Assembly (NCBI GenBank): GCA_016202845.1
Contig: JACQNW010000094.1
Coordinates: forward strand, 1 to 26,167
Direction: 5' to 3'
DNA: 26,167 nucleotides
Source: Candidatus Aenigmatarchaeota archaeon
GTDB lineage: Archaea; Aenigmatarchaeota; Aenigmatarchaeia; GW2011-AR5
Part shown: positions 8,747 through 17,885 of the stretch, one piece after another
Numbering within the stretch: the first letter of the stretch is position 1
Layout: each line of letters begins with the position of its first letter
Program-made: the position numbers and the translations under genes
The notes under the pieces: model-generated
Database searches by the model: none
What the model was told of the DNA's origin: nothing
The model's input: only the letters and a program-made list of their open reading frames with translations

Positions 8747-9270
8747 ACAAGAACAGCCCTACCGATTTTTACTACATTCAGTGTTCCATAATTTCTTTCA
8801 GCATCTTCAACAAGTCTTAATGCGAAAGCTTTTCTTTCATCTATATATGCTGAGCCCCGTTCTTGCATCCATATGCTATCAAGCCAGTTAGAAACTTTGT
8901 CATATACCTTAAACAGTCTTATTTTAGGTTTTCTAGTCCATAGTTGAGTTAGTTCTGCAGCAGAGGTTTCAAATGTCATGTCATTAACGTCTTCAAGTAC
9001 AATTGATGGAAGGTCTTCTGGAAGTTCTGTTGTTGTATCTTCTGTTACATCATGGTATAATAAAGCAAGCGCACCCTCTTCTCTAAGGTCTTGTGGCAAA
9101 GAAGTTTCTGTTAGGATTGTAGTTGCACACCAGATTGGATGAGCACTATATGGAGTAGCTAAGTCCCATCTTCTGTAAGCGTTTCTTGGCTCCTTTGGGT
9201 GGTCTCTGTGTGCTGCTATCACATAAGCAACATGACTGTCAAAGTTTTGAAGCATGTGAAGATTAAACAA
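8743..9270 (-). CDS. HD-domain hydrolase (RelA/SpoT HD, Mesh1-like)
   Basis: R...TPYSAHP and ALLYHDVTEDT, followed by KVYDKVSN. Confidence 0.7.
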   Translation of the reverse strand: MFNLHMLQNFDSHVAYVIAAHRDHPKEPRNAYRRWDLATPYSAHPIWCATTILTETSLPQDLREEGALALLYHDVTEDTTTELPEDLPSIVLEDVNDMTFETSAAELTQLWTRKPKIRLFKVYDKVSNWLDSIWMQERGSAYIDERKAFALRLVEDAERNYGTLNVVKIGRAVLV

Positions 9271-9390
9271 GCAATTTATTTAATGTTCAGGAAATAATAA
9301 TTTGTAATTTACTTGTAGTCCAAATGATATTTTTACTGTAAGATCAGAAATTATATATACCGGTTGAAACAAAAAGACAGATAGATAAAA

Positions 9391-10347
9391 ATGCCAGAAA
9401 GTCAAATTGAGATAATTGATCAGATAATGAGTAAGCCAGAAATTATTGAAGGATTTGGATCTGAATTGTCTCCACAAGCATCAGCAAAATTATTGGCAGA
9501 ACTTCTTTTTGAAATAACAAATAGAACAGGTACAAAATTGGTGGAAGTAAGAGATCGTGAAACAATAAGAAAAAAAGGTACATTCCGATATTCAGGTCAG
9601 GCAGATACTATGCATGAAGAAGGACTTATGCCTCATGATGTTTATGAAGGTCTTGAAAAAATTGGTATTGACAGACACGTTGGACCTTCTTACCTGAGAG
9701 TAAAAGGTTTGTTAACGCATCATGACGTTAGAAGACTTTTTGGCAGACAAATGGCTTTTGCAATTAAAAGTTATTTAGAAGAACATCCCCTAGAAAAAGA
9801 TGGATATCTGGTCATTGTGCCGAACATGACAGGAGGTGTATGGATAGGTGATGAGACAGCAAAACAGGCGAGAGAAGTTTTGGGTGACAAAGTTTGGCCT
9901 GTCACACCTTATGCAAGGGAAACAAGAAAAGCTATAGAGGCAATTGACAAGGGTGCAAGATTTTCAGATTGTGTTGAAGGTTTGATGCCCTCGCCAGAAG
10001 AGACAGCAGCAGTTTTTTGTTTTGAAGAATTAAGAACTTCTGCAGAAACAACACAAAACGCAACAAATATTTACAGAAGGTTGGGTCACTACGATTCTGA
10101 TAATGGCGTTAGGATAGTAGAAGGATGTGTATTTGATTACAGGCATCCTGTAGGTGTTGAACGACTAAGAAGACTGCAGACAGATGCTTTGTATTTGGTT
10201 GAAGGAGTGCCATTTTTTAATGAAGCCCAATCTATGGGGTATATTTCTGGCGGCCAAAATGAAACAGTTGGTTATTGGCTAAGAGATCCATGGAGCTTCA
10301 CGAGGGAAATATTGCCTGATCTGGCAGCACTGGCTGGAACAAGGTAG
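9391..10347 (+). CDS. Divergent type I PRTase, probably orotate phosphoribosyltransferase
   Basis: IVPNMTGGVWI and CFEELRTSAETT resemble PRTase motifs. Upstream of a PyrF-like gene within the pyrC/pyrD block. The function is inferred from context. Confidence 0.55.
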   Translation: MPESQIEIIDQIMSKPEIIEGFGSELSPQASAKLLAELLFEITNRTGTKLVEVRDRETIRKKGTFRYSGQADTMHEEGLMPHDVYEGLEKIGIDRHVGPSYLRVKGLLTHHDVRRLFGRQMAFAIKSYLEEHPLEKDGYLVIVPNMTGGVWIGDETAKQAREVLGDKVWPVTPYARETRKAIEAIDKGARFSDCVEGLMPSPEETAAVFCFEELRTSAETTQNATNIYRRLGHYDSDNGVRIVEGCVFDYRHPVGVERLRRLQTDALYLVEGVPFFNEAQSMGYISGGQNETVGYWLRDPWSFTREILPDLAALAGTR

Positions 10348-10384
10348 ACTTATAAAGATTTTCTGTTTATTTCGAGTGATTAAG

Positions 10385-11119
10385 ATGGTTGAAAAATTTT
10401 TCCTAGCATTGGATTACAAAACAGACGACGAAGCAATTGAAACTGGTTTAGATACGCTTGGTTTTTTGAAATCAGAATTTGGAGAAGATTTTGTTAGAAA
10501 TAGAATAGGCGCAAAAATTAATGAAGATTTGCTTACAGGAACAGTAGACCCGAGACATAGAAGATACGGAGATGAATATGGCTGTGATGTTTTTGCAGAT
10601 CTTAAAATTGGTCATGGTGCTGATACTGGTGAGAGAATTGTTGAAAGAGTTATAAGGCCGCCATCTGTTCTTCCTGTTAGTCAAATTACCGTTATGGCCG
10701 GTCTTGGACCTACAATACTAAAAAAGTATGCAAAACTTTTACATGATTGTGGCATAGAGGCTGTTGCTTTTACAGCGCATACAAAAATACCAGCAGAAGA
10801 AGCGCGGAAAATGTATAGAGGAGAAACAATGGATGACGTGATATACAACCTTGGTCAAGTAGCCGTTGAGGGTGGATTTGATGCAATGGTTCTCGAAGCA
10901 GAGAGATTGAAAGACCCTAGAATCTATGGACTGCCGATAAAGAAGCTCGTTACAGGCATAAGGATCGACACCACAGACAGAGGTTCACAAAGCAGAGTTA
11001 CAGGTTTAGGTGAGCTGGCAGAAGTCAAGGACAATGTTAATTATGTTGTTGTAAGCAGTAGATATTTAGGATCAGATAAAAGAGCTCAATTAAGAGGATA
11101 TCTTGCTGCTTTGCTTTGA
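10385..11119 (+). CDS. pyrF: OMP decarboxylase-like protein with a non-canonical DxKxxH motif
   Basis: FLALD, KINE, VFADLKIGHGADT, LVTGIR and YVVVSSR align to PyrF barrel motifs. Confidence 0.7.
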   Translation: MVEKFFLALDYKTDDEAIETGLDTLGFLKSEFGEDFVRNRIGAKINEDLLTGTVDPRHRRYGDEYGCDVFADLKIGHGADTGERIVERVIRPPSVLPVSQITVMAGLGPTILKKYAKLLHDCGIEAVAFTAHTKIPAEEARKMYRGETMDDVIYNLGQVAVEGGFDAMVLEAERLKDPRIYGLPIKKLVTGIRIDTTDRGSQSRVTGLGELAEVKDNVNYVVVSSRYLGSDKRAQLRGYLAALL

Positions 11120-11121
11120 TT

Positions 11122-11220
11122 TTATTTCCAGTAGATTTTAGTTTTAACAAATAGTTTTTCAGCTTCTAAGATGTCTTTCAGGAACTTGTCCCTGTCTGTG
11201 TGGCGCTTTTCTAGGGCGTC
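11122..11220 (-). pseudogene. Diverged duplicate of the last ~30 codons of the Lhr helicase gene
   Basis: Translates to DALEKRHTDRDKFLKDILEAEKLFVKTKIYWK*, versus ILAKRHTDRDKFLKDILTAEKEFVRTKIYWK* in Lhr. It has no start of its own. Confidence 0.85.
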
Positions 11221-11227
11221 ATGGCAG

Positions 11228-11554
11228 TTAGTTTTTTACGTCCAGTTCAAGTTTCTTCTTGCTGTCAGCCTTTATTACAACTTCCCCGCCTTTTTTTATG
11301 TTATAAAAATCTGCAACTTCTTTTGGAAACCTTATTACCAACGATTCTCCCAGCATGCCAACTTTTACAGATATGCCCTTTTTAATCTTGTTGAAAACCA
11401 GCATCTTTTGCGCATCTTCAGGGTGTAACACTATCTCGTCGCATTTGCTGCATTTCCATGCTCTTATTTCCATGCCTTCAATAGACATATTGTCTTTTTT
11501 CATTATACTATTGCAGTTTGTACACCTGTGTTCAGCATCCCACAAATCTCTCAT
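11228..11554 (-). CDS. Antitoxin-like protein: YgiT/MqsA-type Zn ribbon fused to an AbrB/SpoVT domain
   Basis: CTNC...WKCSKCDE Zn ribbon, then GESLVIRFPKEVADFYNIKKG (AbrB signature). Confidence 0.75.
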   Translation of the reverse strand: MRDLWDAEHRCTNCNSIMKKDNMSIEGMEIRAWKCSKCDEIVLHPEDAQKMLVFNKIKKGISVKVGMLGESLVIRFPKEVADFYNIKKGGEVVIKADSKKKLELDVKN

Positions 11555-11560
11555 TATTAA

Positions 11561-11857
11561 TCACCTCTTTTTGAATGTCACAATGCCAAAATGTATTAAT
11601 CGCCATACGTCCTCTTCATACCCGTCTTGAAATTTTACTTTCGTTTTACCAACAACAACCTTGAACTCCTTTTCATTTCTCCGTATACATCTTTCTATGA
11701 TATTTTCCTTTCTTTTCGACGCACTGCATTCATAACCTTCATTTAGTATTTCCAAAACATCTGTCAGGTCTTTATCATGCTTTAGCAGTTCTCTTGTGCC
11801 TGCAAGTGTAGGTTCTATTCTCAGACCCTTGTAATGCACGTTCAACATGGCTATCAC
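11561..11857 (-). CDS. Putative toxin (DUF4258/RelE-like fold), partner of the Zn-ribbon/AbrB protein
   Basis: 98-aa basic ORF directly upstream of the Zn-ribbon gene, the typical order for such pairs. The family call is from pattern recall. Confidence 0.5.
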   Translation of the reverse strand: MIAMLNVHYKGLRIEPTLAGTRELLKHDKDLTDVLEILNEGYECSASKRKENIIERCIRRNEKEFKVVVGKTKVKFQDGYEEDVWRLIHFGIVTFKKR

Positions 11858-11898
11858 ATATCATTATAGATATCTTATCTAATATCAAATATTTAAAG

Positions 11899-14676
11899 CT
11901 ATTTCCAATAAATCTTCGTGCGGACGAATTCTTTTTCTGCTGTTAGGATGTCTTTCAGAAACTTGTCCCGGTCTGTGTGGCGCTTGGCTAAAATTCTTGT
12001 TGCAGTCTGTGGGCCTACTCCTCTGCCTGCCAAGGCAATGGCCGCACGATTCCCATACACAATAGAAAGATCTGCAGTACGCCGTATAGAAATTAGTTCT
12101 TTCTCTTCTTCTTTTGTCAGCTTTTTCTTTGCAAATTTTTTCTTTATCAGTCCCATACGGTCCTGCCGTTTGTTCATTACAGCTATAAGCCTTGATGTGC
12201 ACTGCGTGCATTCAGGCTGGTCTTCTATTTCTCCTACTCTTAATATTTTTGCGTATTGTCTGCAGTTCATGCACACGAGCTTTACTTTTGTGCTGAGCAG
12301 TCTTTTCTTGAACGCCTCGAATATTTCAGAGTCAGGCATTCTTGGCTTCATAACTTCTCTGAACTTGTGGACAAGCCCCAACTCTCCTAAATAACTCAAA
12401 CCTGTTTCAGACATGATTTTTATTTTTCCTTGAGCTATCGCATCTAACGTCTCCCTTGCTTTTACAAGATCCATCTTGTCTGTCATAAGTTCTCTCACAG
12501 TTTCTTTGTATATTGGGCTTTTGGCATAAGCTGTAATCATCCTGTTTATGTTCATCTGGTCAAACTTTGCATGCCTGCTTATCACTCCAAAGCGCTTTGC
12601 AACTTGAATAAATCTGTATTTGAAGATGGTGCTTCTTTCCAGCGCAGACATAAGCTGCTCCTCAAGATCATTGGCTTCTTTTAAAAATTCCAGAATCTTT
12701 TCTTTCTTGGCCATAGTCTGCAGCATAATTCTGTAGGGATCGCTCTTCATGTTTACAGCAGTTCCTGTTTCTGTTGTCAATTTGGCAGACAAGTATCGGC
12801 CGATAGTGTCGTTTGTTAATGACCCACCTGCAATATGTATTACAACAAAATCTTTGTAATCTTCTACCAAAACAGTTTTGTCATCAGGTAAAGTATGTGT
12901 GGCAGAATGGTTTTTAACAATATCTTTTATGATCGAAGCAGAATTTTTATCAATATTGTATTCTTCTGATATATGGTCTTCTTTTTTTGTCATGGCTTGC
13001 CTTCTCAGTCTTCCAACGCCTTGTGCAACTTCGTAAGGAACAGGCATCAGCTCTCCTTCCCATGAAGGTATTGCAGATTCGATGTCATTCGAAGGCTCAA
13101 CCATAACTTTGTCCTTGTCTATCTGAATTATTCGCCAGGCACGGCCGGCAAATATGAATTTATTCCCCGGCAGACCATGCTCTGCAACAAATGCCTCATC
13201 TAAAGTTCCAACAGGCTCGTGTTCTATTACAGAAACTACCCTGTAATTAGATTTGTCAGGTATCATTGTTAGATTGCTGAAATAATATTCAAAACATTTT
13301 CTTGCTCTTTTAACTTCTCTTGTGCCGTCAGGCAATTCATTAATCCAAAGCATGTAAAGTTCTTTCAAAAAGTTAAGCATGTCATCAAACTCTTTTTTTG
13401 TAAGATTTCTGAAAGCATATGAGTTTTTTATTATATTGTACATTTTCTTGTCAATATTCTGGTACTCATCCATGGCCATGCCTATGATTTGATTGGCCAG
13501 AACATCCAATGCACCTTCATGTATTCTTATCGGTTCCAGTATCTTCTCAGCAGCCATCTTGGCAATTATGGTGCTCTCAAAAACATCCTCGTCGCCTGTT
13601 ATTATTATGCCCTTGCTTACCAGGCCTGATTTATGTCCCGCTCTGCCCACCCTTTGTATCAGTCTGGCAGCTTGTCTTGGCGACAAGTATTGCACAACCA
13701 GGTCAACAGATCCTATGTCTATGCCTAGTTCTAAAGAGCTTGTGGCTATCAATGACTTCAATTCCTGTTTCTTGAACTGCTGTTCTGATTTTATTCTTCC
13801 CTCTTTTGCCAGAGATCCATGGTGCACTGTCTGCTGTAATTTTTTGTCTAATGTCCTTAGCCTTGAGCTAAGGACTTCTGCAGTTTCTCTGGTGTTTGTA
13901 AAACAAAGAACAGAGGTGTGCTCGTTAATTAGTTCGTGCAACCTCCTCAACCTTGCAGTTGTTTCAGGTCCTGTGAAAAGTTTTTCTGACAGTGCAGTGT
14001 CCTGTAGTCCTGGTTTTGGGCTTTCAACTTTAATGTTGTATTTCTTTTCAGCTTCTGCACGAATAATTTTTGTGTTCTTTCCTAAAAATTCTGCCACCTT
14101 TTCAGGTTCGCCTATCGTAGCAGACAAGCCTATTCTCTGGAATTCTCCTGCTATGTGTTGCAGCCTTTCCAGTGCTAATGACAGTTGCACGCCTCTTTTG
14201 CTCCCGACTATTTCATGTATCTCGTCCACAATAACATGCTTTACATTCCTGAGGTGATTTCTGAATATTTTTGATGGCAGCAGCGCTTGCAGAGTTTCTG
14301 GCGTGACTACAAGAAAATTTGGAGGATTTTCTCGTTGTGCAGCCCTTTCTTTCTGCGTCGTGTCGCCATGTCTGACATCGATTGTCAAATCCATCTTGTC
14401 CGCCCACCAGAAAAGTCTTGTCAATAAATCACGGTTGAGCGCACGCAAGGGCGAAATATAAAGTGCGGCTATGGGTTCATTCTTGTTTCTGCTAATCATG
14501 TCAATGAGTGGCAAGAAAACGCTTTCCGTTTTACCCTGGCCTGTTGGCGCAAGTATCAGCACATTGCTGCCTTTCATGATTTCAGGTATGCCTATCCTTT
14601 GCGGAAGCGTAGGCTCGATGAATCCTTTTTCCTTGATTAATTTTTGCAATTTCTCTGAAAACAATGTGAATGCCAT
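11899..14676 (-). CDS. lhr: Lhr-like SF2 (DEAD/DEAH) helicase with a C-terminal Zn ribbon
   Basis: APTGQGKT, YISPLRALN, VVTPETL, VDEIHE, LSAT, HHGSL, ATSSLELGIDIG and QRVGRAGH. CMNC/CTQC near the C-terminus. Confidence 0.95.
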   Translation of the reverse strand: MAFTLFSEKLQKLIKEKGFIEPTLPQRIGIPEIMKGSNVLILAPTGQGKTESVFLPLIDMISRNKNEPIAALYISPLRALNRDLLTRLFWWADKMDLTIDVRHGDTTQKERAAQRENPPNFLVVTPETLQALLPSKIFRNHLRNVKHVIVDEIHEIVGSKRGVQLSLALERLQHIAGEFQRIGLSATIGEPEKVAEFLGKNTKIIRAEAEKKYNIKVESPKPGLQDTALSEKLFTGPETTARLRRLHELINEHTSVLCFTNTRETAEVLSSRLRTLDKKLQQTVHHGSLAKEGRIKSEQQFKKQELKSLIATSSLELGIDIGSVDLVVQYLSPRQAARLIQRVGRAGHKSGLVSKGIIITGDEDVFESTIIAKMAAEKILEPIRIHEGALDVLANQIIGMAMDEYQNIDKKMYNIIKNSYAFRNLTKKEFDDMLNFLKELYMLWINELPDGTREVKRARKCFEYYFSNLTMIPDKSNYRVVSVIEHEPVGTLDEAFVAEHGLPGNKFIFAGRAWRIIQIDKDKVMVEPSNDIESAIPSWEGELMPVPYEVAQGVGRLRRQAMTKKEDHISEEYNIDKNSASIIKDIVKNHSATHTLPDDKTVLVEDYKDFVVIHIAGGSLTNDTIGRYLSAKLTTETGTAVNMKSDPYRIMLQTMAKKEKILEFLKEANDLEEQLMSALERSTIFKYRFIQVAKRFGVISRHAKFDQMNINRMITAYAKSPIYKETVRELMTDKMDLVKARETLDAIAQGKIKIMSETGLSYLGELGLVHKFREVMKPRMPDSEIFEAFKKRLLSTKVKLVCMNCRQYAKILRVGEIEDQPECTQCTSRLIAVMNKRQDRMGLIKKKFAKKKLTKEEEKELISIRRTADLSIVYGNRAAIALAGRGVGPQTATRILAKRHTDRDKFLKDILTAEKEFVRTKIYWK

Positions 14677-14710
14677 AATTAACACCAAACAAACTAAGTT
14701 TATACGCTTT

Positions 14711-15019
14711 TCATACTTCTATCACTTTGCTCTTTTCAATAAACTTGAGAAATTTTGTATTTCTGTTTTCTATCCACGATACCCCTTTTGGGCCAATTAG
14801 CACAGAGCCTTTGTCTTCCAGATAAGCAAGAATAAGTCTTAATGTTTGGTCCATTATCTGCTTGTTTAGGCTTCTTTTTAATTCCTCTAATGAAATAGGT
14901 CCATCTGAATCTTTCAACGCCTTTTCAACCATTAATACAGTCTTAAGAGTAGGCCAATGATGAATATTTTTAGTTAATTTTATGTTAACAACCTTTCTAT
15001 GAAGCGTTTCTGGAGGCAT
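14711..15019 (-). CDS. Small winged-helix-like DNA-binding protein
   Basis: HWPTLKTVLMVE...SLEELKRSL...TLRLILAYLEDKG...VSWI. Start taken at MPPET (15019). Confidence 0.6.
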   Translation of the reverse strand: MPPETLHRKVVNIKLTKNIHHWPTLKTVLMVEKALKDSDGPISLEELKRSLNKQIMDQTLRLILAYLEDKGSVLIGPKGVSWIENRNTKFLKFIEKSKVIEV

Positions 15020-15052
15020 AATAAATTGTAATGCATGGAAGTATATAAAGAT

Positions 15053-15072
15053 TACATATAAGTTTATATGTA
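15053..15072. promoter_or_regulatory. Inverted repeat TACATATA-agtt-TATATGTA, a possible autoregulatory operator
   Basis: Perfect 8-bp arms located 34-53 bp upstream of the ATG of the winged-helix gene. Confidence 0.4.
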
Positions 15073-15097
15073 TATTTGGTTCTGGTGTCTGCACAAG

Positions 15098-15844
15098 TCA
15101 CTTTTTCTTTTTTGATGTACCGACGCCCTTAGGCGTCATAGACCTTGGTTCAAGCTGCAAGTCTCCAATAGTTCCAATATCCGTGCCGTCTAATAGATGC
15201 AGGCGCGCTGTTTTTTTGATCAGTCTTCTGGCTAAAGGTCCCAAAAGTTCGTCCTGGTTTATTATTGTTGCGCCGCACAGTTCGTTGAACGCAGGCATGA
15301 TAATGAGTTCTTTTCCTTTATACTTTCCTCTTAATTTTCCCAGGACCCATACAGGCTCTGTATAAACAGCCCTGACCTTGTCAATAAATTTTACATGCGG
15401 CTGGTTGTGGCCGATTATTATAGTTTTCTTTTTTGTCTGTATGTTCCTATGGCCATGTGTTAATGCATAGTCTCCTATAGTAAAACCCTCTGTGAGCTTT
15501 ACCCTTTCTGGCAGCGCTCTTTCAATGCCGCCGTCATGATTGCCCTTTACTGCAATTATCTTTTCAAATTCCAGCGCTGAAAAAAATCTTGGCAGCTCCC
15601 TTATTTCCTCGTAATTTGCAAACCCAATTCTGTTTTTTATATCGCCAAGTATCACTAGCGTGCTGGTTTTTGTCTTCTTTTTCAGCTTGTTGAGGCGCTT
15701 TGCAAGAATTTCTGCCTGTCTTGGCAGGGAAAATCCCTTTTCCCAGAGTTCGTGTGATTTCCCTAGATGAAGATCGGCTATGATCAGTGTTTTTCCTATT
15801 TTCAACGCAGGCTGGTTTCTTATAAATTGTACTTTGTTGCTCAT
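15098..15844 (-). CDS. Calcineurin-like metallophosphoesterase (Lhr-associated type)
   Basis: IADLHLG, LGD, KGNHD, THGH, GHNQP and MPAFN motifs. Lies upstream of lhr. Confidence 0.88.
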   Translation of the reverse strand: MSNKVQFIRNQPALKIGKTLIIADLHLGKSHELWEKGFSLPRQAEILAKRLNKLKKKTKTSTLVILGDIKNRIGFANYEEIRELPRFFSALEFEKIIAVKGNHDGGIERALPERVKLTEGFTIGDYALTHGHRNIQTKKKTIIIGHNQPHVKFIDKVRAVYTEPVWVLGKLRGKYKGKELIIMPAFNELCGATIINQDELLGPLARRLIKKTARLHLLDGTDIGTIGDLQLEPRSMTPKGVGTSKKKK

Positions 15845-15906
15845 ATTGTGTTTGCCTATAGAAAGTTCTTAAGGCAGTTGCTACAAATATTAAAGAGGTG
15901 TTTACA

Positions 15907-16065
15907 ATGGCTTGTAAAAAATGCGGTGGAAAAACAAAAGGCTTCAAGTGCGACATTTGCAGTGCAACATCAGACCATCATGTAGAAAGTCACAAATGTG
16001 GTGGAAAGCATTGCATGCCAATGTGCGGTGCTTGCGGTCAGGCTGAAAAAAAGTGCAAATGTTGA
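15907..16065 (+). CDS. 52-aa Cys/His-rich metal-binding microprotein (missing from the ORF track)
   Basis: MACKKCGGKTKGFKCDICSATSDHHVESHKCGGKHCMPMCGACGQAEKKCKC*, with 10 Cys and 4 His. GAGGTG ribosome-binding site at 15895..15900. Confidence 0.85.
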   Translation: MACKKCGGKTKGFKCDICSATSDHHVESHKCGGKHCMPMCGACGQAEKKCKC

Positions 16066-16188
16066 TGTGCACAAAGTAGGATAATTTTGGAATTTTTGAA
16101 CAATTTTGGTTAATTTTTTGGATATTTGTTCCGCTTTAACCAAAACTTTTTATAATCTTTTGCTAAGCTAACAGCTGGAGGTATCAAT

Positions 16189-17508
16189 ATGGAAACAAAA
16201 AATGCGTTACTTCTGCTTGCTTTGGTGGCGGTTGTGTTTGTCGCCGGTTGCACTACATATACATCAGGTTCTGCAACAGGCAGGGCTGTATTTACAGCGA
16301 CAGACGCAGCAGCAGACATGGGCACTATAAGCAGTGTGCAAGTAACAATAGACGAAATCAAGGTACACAGTGCATCGAAGGGCTGGGTTACTGTATCATC
16401 TACACCAAGAACCGTAGATCTGTTGGAGCTTAAAGCAGAGTCAAAAAATGAGTTGCTTGCAGATGCAAATCTTGCGGCAGACGCTTATTCGCAGATGCGC
16501 TTTGAAGTTTCAAAAGTCATGGTAACAGATGCATCTGGCACTTACGAAGCAAAACTCCCTTCCAACGAGGTAAAGTTTTCAGGCACGCTAGTTGTTGAAG
16601 CGAACAAGACTGCAACAGCAACATTCGACTTTCTTGCAGACGAATCTCTTCATATAACTTCCAGGGGTTCAGGCAGTGCAGGAACAAAATATGTTATGGC
16701 TCCTGTGATCCAAGTTACAACACGCAGCAATGCTGATGTCAGGCTGGAGTCTGACAATGAAGTTCAGGTATCAGGCGGAGCTGTTAACACAAATGAAAAA
16801 ATCGGCATGGATATAAACGGAAATGTCGGTGTCGGTTTGAAAATACCTGCCAATGTAGTTCTTGACGTGAATGGCGGAGTAATTTCTGTCATAAGCGCAG
16901 AAGGCAGGGGTGTTTTCGCTGTAACAGATGCAGCCGCAAACATGGGCTCTGTTAGCAAAGTGGAAGTTACAATAAGAGAAGTGCAGGTGCATAGCGCCTC
17001 ACAAGGCTGGGTAACAGTGTCTACAACACCAAAGACAGTGGATCTGTTGGAGCTAAAAACAGAAAATAGAAACGAGTTGTTGGCTGACACAAATCTTGTT
17101 GCAGACACCTACAATCAAGTCAGGCTGGAGGTGGAGAAGGTTGTTGTAACAGACCAGGATGGCGAGCACGAAGCAAAACTGCCTTCAAATGAGCTGAAGA
17201 TAGTAGGAAATTTTGTGGTCGAGGCAAACAAGACAACCGCAACTGTTTTTGACTTCATGGCAAATGAGTCTCTTCACACGACATCTGGTGCAAATAAGCA
17301 GTACATCATGGCCCCAGTTATAAAAATTACATCTGCAACAGATGCACAGGTTGACGCAGAGTCAAACAGCGATGTAAAAATTGCCGGCGGTTCTGTAAAG
17401 ACCGATACCACAGTGGGCATGGATGTCAAGGGAAATGTCGGTGCTGGTTTGAGAATTCCAAGCAGTGCCATGCTGCAGATAATTGGCAATATTGCCGTTA
17501 TCGTGTAA
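16189..17508 (+). CDS. Lipoprotein with two tandem DUF4382-like domains
   Basis: Lipobox FVAGC. Two ~200-aa internal repeats (VFxxTDAAAxMG...VDLLELK...AKLPSN...FDFxAxESLH...MAPVI). GGAGGT ribosome-binding site. Confidence 0.8.
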   Translation: METKNALLLLALVAVVFVAGCTTYTSGSATGRAVFTATDAAADMGTISSVQVTIDEIKVHSASKGWVTVSSTPRTVDLLELKAESKNELLADANLAADAYSQMRFEVSKVMVTDASGTYEAKLPSNEVKFSGTLVVEANKTATATFDFLADESLHITSRGSGSAGTKYVMAPVIQVTTRSNADVRLESDNEVQVSGGAVNTNEKIGMDINGNVGVGLKIPANVVLDVNGGVISVISAEGRGVFAVTDAAANMGSVSKVEVTIREVQVHSASQGWVTVSTTPKTVDLLELKTENRNELLADTNLVADTYNQVRLEVEKVVVTDQDGEHEAKLPSNELKIVGNFVVEANKTTATVFDFMANESLHTTSGANKQYIMAPVIKITSATDAQVDAESNSDVKIAGGSVKTDTTVGMDVKGNVGAGLRIPSSAMLQIIGNIAVIV

Positions 17509-17542
17509 AAAAAGATTTTCTATTTTTTTTAATTTCATTTAT

Positions 17543-17854
17543 TTACACTTTGCTTACTTTTTCCTGCTTCATCACTGTTTTGGCAATCCAGAATATGACC
17601 AATGCTATTATTATGAAGTTTATTACAGATGACAAGAATGGGCCAACTCCGAAGTGGAACGGGCCTATGTTTAATGTGGATGTCTGCCAATCGCTGCCCG
17701 CTGCTGAAAGCATCGGCGCTATGACGGGCATTATTATGTTCTTGACAAGAGACTGCACAAGATCTGTTACTGCAAGGCCCATGACAAATGCGATTGCCAG
17801 GGCAAGAATTTTGTACTCATTCAAAAATTCCTTGAATTCTTTTATAAATCCCAT
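17543..17854 (-). CDS. mscL: MscL-family mechanosensitive channel
   Basis: MGFIKEFKEFL..., LAIAFVMG, LVKNIIMP and FLSSVINFIIIALVIF. Confidence 0.85.
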   Translation of the reverse strand: MGFIKEFKEFLNEYKILALAIAFVMGLAVTDLVQSLVKNIIMPVIAPMLSAAGSDWQTSTLNIGPFHFGVGPFLSSVINFIIIALVIFWIAKTVMKQEKVSKV

Positions 17855-17885
17855 GGCACACACTCTCTTTTTAAGATTATAAATA

